Source: Bacteroidota bacterium (GTDB taxonomy: Bacteria > Bacteroidota > Bacteroidia > Bacteroidales > VadinHA17). From it: a stretch of 37,980 bases of DNA. This document shows positions 33,010 to 37,980 of the stretch, in pieces. The stretch is from the NCBI GenBank assembly GCA_030613125.1, contig JAUWMO010000001.1, positions 1 to 37,980 on the forward strand, read 5' to 3'. Each line of letters starts with the position of its first letter. Positions within the stretch are counted from its first letter, which is position 1. The notes below the pieces were generated by a model. That model was not told where the DNA came from. It saw only the letters and a program-made list of their open reading frames with translations, and ran no database searches. A program made the position numbers and the translations under genes.

Positions 33010-35106
33010 ATGTCTGCAAACCCCATAAATTTTACCCGTTTTTTACAGGAGTTGAAACGCCGTAAGGTGATCCATGTGATGACTGTTTACTTAGCTGCAG
33101 CTTTTGGCCTGCTGGAATTGACAGATATAATCTCAGGACCCCTAAATTTACCAGGCTGGACCATAACTTTTGTTATGGCCTTTGCGGCGATTGGATTTCC
33201 AATTGCGTTTTTACTTTCATGGTTCTTCAAAGCAACCTCTGATGGAATTAAACTAAGAAAATACGTTAGTGTTGCACAATGGGAGGATTTTTACCTGGCT
33301 GATTTAGAGCAGGAACCGGATAAACCAGAGGCTGTTTTTCATCATGATGATTTAGTTTCATACATAAAAGGTCCTTCAGATAAATTGTTGAAAGCTAAAC
33401 AAGGGACTGGCAAAGAAAAAATATACACCGTAAGCTCATTAGTAGTAATTGGCATTGTTGTACTTTTTTTTCTGTTTTATAGTGGAAAATCAATACCTTT
33501 TATAGAGCGGGATTGGATTGTGATCACCGATTTTGAAAATCTTACTGATGAAACAATTTTTGACAATTCGCTGAATACTGCCTTTACACTGAGTATAAAT
33601 CAATCACGATATTTAAATGTAATTACCCGGCAGAGAATGCAGGAGACATTAAAGCGAATGAAAAAGGAGGACAGGGTACATATTGATGAAGAAACAGGTA
33701 GGGAAATTGCCATACGTGAAGGTGTAAAAGTTTGCATTGTTCCAGGTATTAGTAGAGTTGGGACCCAGTATATTCTTACTGTCAAAATTCAGGAAGCCAA
33801 AACAGGAGCTATCTTCAGGTCAGAGATCCTTTATGCAAAAAGTCAGGATGAGATTATTGAAAAACTGGATCAGTTAAGTAAGAAGATACGGCGAAACCTG
33901 GGTGAATCGAGATATAAAATCTCAGGACAAAGTAAATCGTTATCGAAAGTAACTACTTCCTCTTTAGATGCACTTAAACAGTTTTCACTTGGTATTGAAA
34001 ATCATATCAACCTTGAATTTGAAAAAGCAATCATCCATTATGAGAATGCTATACGTATTGATACAAATTTTACCTCAGCGAAAGCTTCACTGGGAAATTT
34101 ACTTTTTGAAAGATTTGATCGTGAGAAAGGACGTGAATGGCTGGATCAGGCTATTTTATCCATTGGTAATCTTACAGACAGGGAAAAATATGGTATACTG
34201 GCTTTTTATGCCGTAAATATTGAAAATGACCTGGATAAAGGCATTGAATATACAAAAACACTAATTGAATTATATCCTGATCATCCAATTCCGCATCATA
34301 ACCTGGGTTGGTATTTTAAAAACCATGGCCATTATGAAAAGGCTGTTGAAGAATATAAAGTTGCCCTTCGGATTGATCCATATTTGATGCTTACCTATGG
34401 TGGAGTTATTTGGGTATATCTTGAAAATCTCGGGCAAATAGATTCTGCCATGGTATGGTGCGAAAAAATGATAGAAGCCGGACCTGAAAATCCATGGGGG
34501 TATTGTTATCTTGGTTCTGCATTTGTTGGTATCGATAGTCTTGAGAAAGCTGAAATTGCATACACCAAAGCCAGGAACCTTGATCCGGATCTGTTCCTGA
34601 ATCAATACCGGTTGGCCCATGTATACCGGCTTCGGGGAATGTATGATAAAGCAATTGAGGTGTTGGAGGAAATACTGCGCATAAATCCGGAGGAAGCACC
34701 TGTTCACTATAATTTAGGTATAAATTACAATTTAATGGGAGAGAGTGAAAATGCCAGAAGTCATTTTCTTGAATTTAGAAAAATAGCTGAACAGTGGGTG
34801 GATGATTATTCTGATAACCCAGTATCATTTATTGCAAACGGAGTAGTCCTTACCCGCCTTGGTGAAAAAGATGCCGGTTGGAAAATTGGAAAACGAGCGT
34901 TAGAGCTGGATTCAACGATCCATTTTCGCTTTGCTGAATTGCTTGCTGTTCAGGATAGGAAAAGTGAAGCCCTTGACCATTTGGAAAAAGCACTTGAGAA
35001 TGGTTATCGCGACCTGGTATGGTTAAAACTCAATCCCGATATACAATTATTGCACAGGGAGGTTCGATACCAGGATCTAATAAATGAATTTTTTATGAAA
35101 AATTGA
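33010..35106 (+). CDS. Membrane-anchored TPR-repeat protein
   Basis: N-terminal LKRRKVIHVMTVYLAAAFGLLELTDII motif followed by TM helices, a further TM around aa 170-190, a periplasmic-looking domain, then multiple TPR units (YENAIRIDTNF, YKVALRIDPY, YTKARNLDPD, LEEILRINPEE). Start moved to ATG 33010; the track TTG 32926 lies inside the inverted repeat. Confidence 0.75.
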   Translation: MSANPINFTRFLQELKRRKVIHVMTVYLAAAFGLLELTDIISGPLNLPGWTITFVMAFAAIGFPIAFLLSWFFKATSDGIKLRKYVSVAQWEDFYLADLEQEPDKPEAVFHHDDLVSYIKGPSDKLLKAKQGTGKEKIYTVSSLVVIGIVVLFFLFYSGKSIPFIERDWIVITDFENLTDETIFDNSLNTAFTLSINQSRYLNVITRQRMQETLKRMKKEDRVHIDEETGREIAIREGVKVCIVPGISRVGTQYILTVKIQEAKTGAIFRSEILYAKSQDEIIEKLDQLSKKIRRNLGESRYKISGQSKSLSKVTTSSLDALKQFSLGIENHINLEFEKAIIHYENAIRIDTNFTSAKASLGNLLFERFDREKGREWLDQAILSIGNLTDREKYGILAFYAVNIENDLDKGIEYTKTLIELYPDHPIPHHNLGWYFKNHGHYEKAVEEYKVALRIDPYLMLTYGGVIWVYLENLGQIDSAMVWCEKMIEAGPENPWGYCYLGSAFVGIDSLEKAEIAYTKARNLDPDLFLNQYRLAHVYRLRGMYDKAIEVLEEILRINPEEAPVHYNLGINYNLMGESENARSHFLEFRKIAEQWVDDYSDNPVSFIANGVVLTRLGEKDAGWKIGKRALELDSTIHFRFAELLAVQDRKSEALDHLEKALENGYRDLVWLKLNPDIQLLHREVRYQDLINEFFMKN

Positions 35107-35135
35107 TATTAGTTTTTAAATTAATCCATCAGGCC

Positions 35136-35969
35136 ATGAAAACAACAAATTCCTGTAAATTTGTTTCGGCAGCCTTGATCTTTTCAATTGTTTTCATCAA
35201 TTTATTTTCAGGCTGCAAGATCAAAAAGGATAAAGAAACATCTGCTGCTGATGAATCACAAACTGAAGTAACAAAAGAAGAGGTGATTTTTGAAATATCT
35301 GGTTATCCTCTGCCCACTTCTTTCTACCTTACAAAGATGCTGAATGATGCGCGGGCCTCTTATATTCTTAGCATTTCCAATAATCCTGAAAATGTTGACC
35401 ATTATTTCTCACAAAAAGAAAAAGCTTTGAACCTGGGTGTTTATGGGGCTGATTTAAGTTATGCCAGTACTTATTTAATGAAGCATGAGACAATGCTATT
35501 TCTGGAAGCATCAAAACGGTTGATTGATGAAATGGAAATATCCACTGTTTTTAACCTGAATTATATTGAAAGGGTAAAAAATAATCTGGGAAACGGGGAT
35601 TCCCTGATATTGATTATCTCTGACTCATTTTATGATACTTATGAATATCTTACTGAACACGAAAAAGACAAGCAGGCAGTTTTTATACTAACAGGAAGCT
35701 GGATTGAGGGATTATATATTACATTACAAATTGCTTTGACTGCAGGAGATTATACAAAGTTCCTGGAAATAATTGCAGAACAGGAATCATCTCTTGAGAT
35801 TCTCCTTGATATGCTTGGTTCTTTTGAAAACGATGCTGATATTTCTGATATATATAGTGATTTGAAGGATGTGAAGAAAATTTATAACACAATTGAGCAA
35901 AACATTACTATTGACCAATTTAACAAACTCTCGAATTCGATTGAAACATTGCGGAATAAGATTATTTAA
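35136..35969 (+). CDS. Hypothetical lipoprotein, predicted all-alpha
   Basis: MKTTNSCKFVSAALIFSIVFINLFSGC has a lipobox-like LFSGC. I recognise no family. It starts 29 nt after the TPR gene. Confidence 0.55.
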   Translation: MKTTNSCKFVSAALIFSIVFINLFSGCKIKKDKETSAADESQTEVTKEEVIFEISGYPLPTSFYLTKMLNDARASYILSISNNPENVDHYFSQKEKALNLGVYGADLSYASTYLMKHETMLFLEASKRLIDEMEISTVFNLNYIERVKNNLGNGDSLILIISDSFYDTYEYLTEHEKDKQAVFILTGSWIEGLYITLQIALTAGDYTKFLEIIAEQESSLEILLDMLGSFENDADISDIYSDLKDVKKIYNTIEQNITIDQFNKLSNSIETLRNKII

Positions 35970-36047
35970 GAATTTTGTATATTAACATTTTTTTGGTCAA
36001 ATTAGCCAGGGGAGATTTTTAAAACCTCAACATAAGTTCTTATTCCC

Positions 36048-37980
36048 ATGAGTGAAACCATCTTAAATGCACTGCTCCAGCTTTTTTCATTGATTGCCAA
36101 TGTTGGCAGGGATGGAGTTTCAGGCAAAGCCAGGAAGATTGTTAAATCTTATCTTAGCCAACATCTTAGTACCAAACTCATTAGTAAACACCTTAAATTA
36201 TTCGATCGATATATTGAAATCCATCACCCTGAGGCTTTTACGAATGAACCTCCGAAAGAGGAAAGCGGATCCAGTCTGGCCACTGAAAATGTGGTTGAAA
36301 TTTGTGAAAAAATAAATAAAGTCTTACTTCAGCGGGAGAAATTTATAGTATTCCTTCGGCTTGTTGAATTCATTAATGAGGATGAAGTAATGACCCAAAA
36401 GGAACTGGATTTTGTCAAAACTGTTGCCGATACATTTAATATTAAGGAGTCAGCACATAACAATACGAAAGCTTTTATTTTTGACCCCATGTCAAAAGAA
36501 ATTGAAAAAGACAAAATCCTTGTTATTGATGATAAAGCCAGGAAAAAAACTTCTGAAATCAGGCATATCTTTAAAAAAGATCTGAACGGGAAGATATTCT
36601 TTCTTCATCATGTTGCTACTAACACTTTTGTTTTCAGGTATTATGGAAAACATACACTTTACCTTAACGGGCAGCATATTATTCATGACCGGATTTTACT
36701 GATGGACCAGGGAGCGCTTATAACCGGTTCCAAGATAAATCCGATTTATTACAGTGATATTATCGGGAAGTTTCTGCATCATGAAAGTAAATCGAAAATT
36801 TATTTTACGGCTGAGAACATTGAATTCAGGTTTAAAAACAGCTCTTACGGAATACATAAATTTAACTTTGCAAAGGAATCTGGTCACCTGATCGGGATCA
36901 TGGGGGGAAGTGGTGTCGGAAAATCGACTTTACTCAATATTTTGTCTGGAAAGTTAATGCCTACAAATGGAATAATAAAGATAAACGGACTTGACATTCA
37001 TAAAGACAAAGAAAAACTTGAAGGTTTAATAGGCTTTGTGCCCCAGGATGATCTGTTAATGAATGAACTTACAGTCTTTCAGAACCTGTACTTTAATGCC
37101 AAACTTTGTTTCAGTAATTTTTCAGAGAAAGAGATTATCAGGAAGGTAAATCAGGTGCTTATTGACCTCGAACTGGATGATATCAAACATTTTAAGGTAG
37201 GTGATGTTCAAAACAAATTAATTAGTGGAGGTCAGCGAAAACGCCTGAATATTGGTTTGGAACTGATCCGTGAGCCTTCAATTTTATTTCTTGATGAACC
37301 AACTTCGGGCCTCTCTTCAATGGATTCTGAAAAACTGATGCTGCTTTTAAAAGAACAGACATTAAAGGATAAACTTGTTATTATTAATATCCATCAACCC
37401 TTTTCCGATATATTTAAATTATTTGACAGACTCCTGATCCTTGATAAGGGAGGTTATACAATTTTTAAAGGTAATCCTATTGATGCTTTGATCTATTTTA
37501 AGTCATTGGGACAGTATGTAGATGCAAATGAAGGTCAATGTATCAGTTGTGGGAATGTAACACCCGAAGAGATTCTCAAAATCGTTGAGGCAAGGGAGGT
37601 GGATGAATTTGGCAAATTGACCAGGGCAAGGAAAGTGCCACCAGAGGAATGGTATAAAAACTATAAAGAGAAGATTGAATCAAAAATACCTGTTAAACCT
37701 AAAATAGGAAAACTACCTGAAATTTTCTTTAGTATTCCCAATCCTTTTATTCAGTTTCGGATCTTCAGTATCCGTAACATCCTTTCTAAATTTGCCAATC
37801 GTCAATATATGTTGATTAACTTTTTGGAGTCACCCCTTTTGGCTGTGATCATTGGTTATTTTACAAAATATACAAAAGATATAACCTCAACCGGGAGTTA
37901 TATATTTCAGCAAAATGAGAATTTACCGGCCTATTTGTTCTTGTCTGCGGTTGTTGCGTTTTTTATGGGTTTAATGGTAA
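36048..37980 (+). CDS. ABCG(White)/ABC-2-type transporter ATPase-permease fusion with a 284-aa N-terminal extension; 3' end beyond window
   Basis: I translated the frame by hand from ATG 36048 to 37979 and found no stop. Walker A GGSGVGKST (codon 285 onward), signature ISGGQRKRL, Walker B ILFLDEPTSGL, ABCG-type NIHQP, and the first TM segments at the end (LLAVIIGYF, LFLSAVVAFFMGLMV). It is absent from the ORF track because it has no stop in the window. Confidence 0.9.
   Translation, partial: MSETILNALLQLFSLIANVGRDGVSGKARKIVKSYLSQHLSTKLISKHLKLFDRYIEIHHPEAFTNEPPKEESGSSLATENVVEICEKINKVLLQREKFIVFLRLVEFINEDEVMTQKELDFVKTVADTFNIKESAHNNTKAFIFDPMSKEIEKDKILVIDDKARKKTSEIRHIFKKDLNGKIFFLHHVATNTFVFRYYGKHTLYLNGQHIIHDRILLMDQGALITGSKINPIYYSDIIGKFLHHESKSKIYFTAENIEFRFKNSSYGIHKFNFAKESGHLIGIMGGSGVGKSTLLNILSGKLMPTNGIIKINGLDIHKDKEKLEGLIGFVPQDDLLMNELTVFQNLYFNAKLCFSNFSEKEIIRKVNQVLIDLELDDIKHFKVGDVQNKLISGGQRKRLNIGLELIREPSILFLDEPTSGLSSMDSEKLMLLLKEQTLKDKLVIINIHQPFSDIFKLFDRLLILDKGGYTIFKGNPIDALIYFKSLGQYVDANEGQCISCGNVTPEEILKIVEAREVDEFGKLTRARKVPPEEWYKNYKEKIESKIPVKPKIGKLPEIFFSIPNPFIQFRIFSIRNILSKFANRQYMLINFLESPLLAVIIGYFTKYTKDITSTGSYIFQQNENLPAYLFLSAVVAFFMGLMV

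Noticed and set aside
36094-36887. Track ORFs 36094..36315 (+), 36329..36514 (-), 36492..36686 (-) and 36696..36887 (-).
   Set aside because: All lie inside the long stop-free plus-strand frame that continues into an unambiguous ABC ATPase, so they are shadow ORFs.

Overview
This 37,980-nt window reads like an ordinary chromosomal stretch of an AT-rich member of the Bacteroidota. That placement is an inference from a T9SS C-terminal sorting-domain cargo protein, a PorT homologue, a BlaI + BlaR1(M56)-TonB_C module, a mitochondrial-type aconitase and several TAnnTTTG -7 promoter boxes. I can support about 31 protein-coding genes. Most are housekeeping (miaA, acnA, gap, purL, ubiE/menG, pyk, a TrmH-family methyltransferase, a BamA/TamA-family OMP); the rest are envelope or sensor proteins. 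Two CDS are missing from the supplied ORF track: a 3'-open ABCG-type ABC transporter gene (36048 to window end) and a 41-codon lipoprotein ORF (15432-15557). I see no rRNA, tRNA, CRISPR array, transposase, integrase, phage gene or recognisable defence gene. I could not identify a convincing novel multi-gene system. What the gene map leaves unexplained is non-coding. (i) Three spacers around the alpha/beta-hydrolase and Ldh_2 genes (18341-18720, 20905-21029, 22107-22756) combine GC-rich hairpin-dense segments (about 60-63 percent GC by hand count, against about 35 percent in a neighbouring CDS sample) with shared words and 11-bp tandem arrays. The hydrolase gene is bracketed by an inverted 21-mer. 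(ii) Short tandem stutters abut several stop codons. (iii) There is a duplicated palindromic operator on the blaI-family promoter, and perfect inverted repeats lie in front of two other genes. The best candidate for something new is the roughly 450-nt GC-rich non-coding island at 22150-22610, but its function is entirely inference. All family calls come from motif recall and no searches were run.
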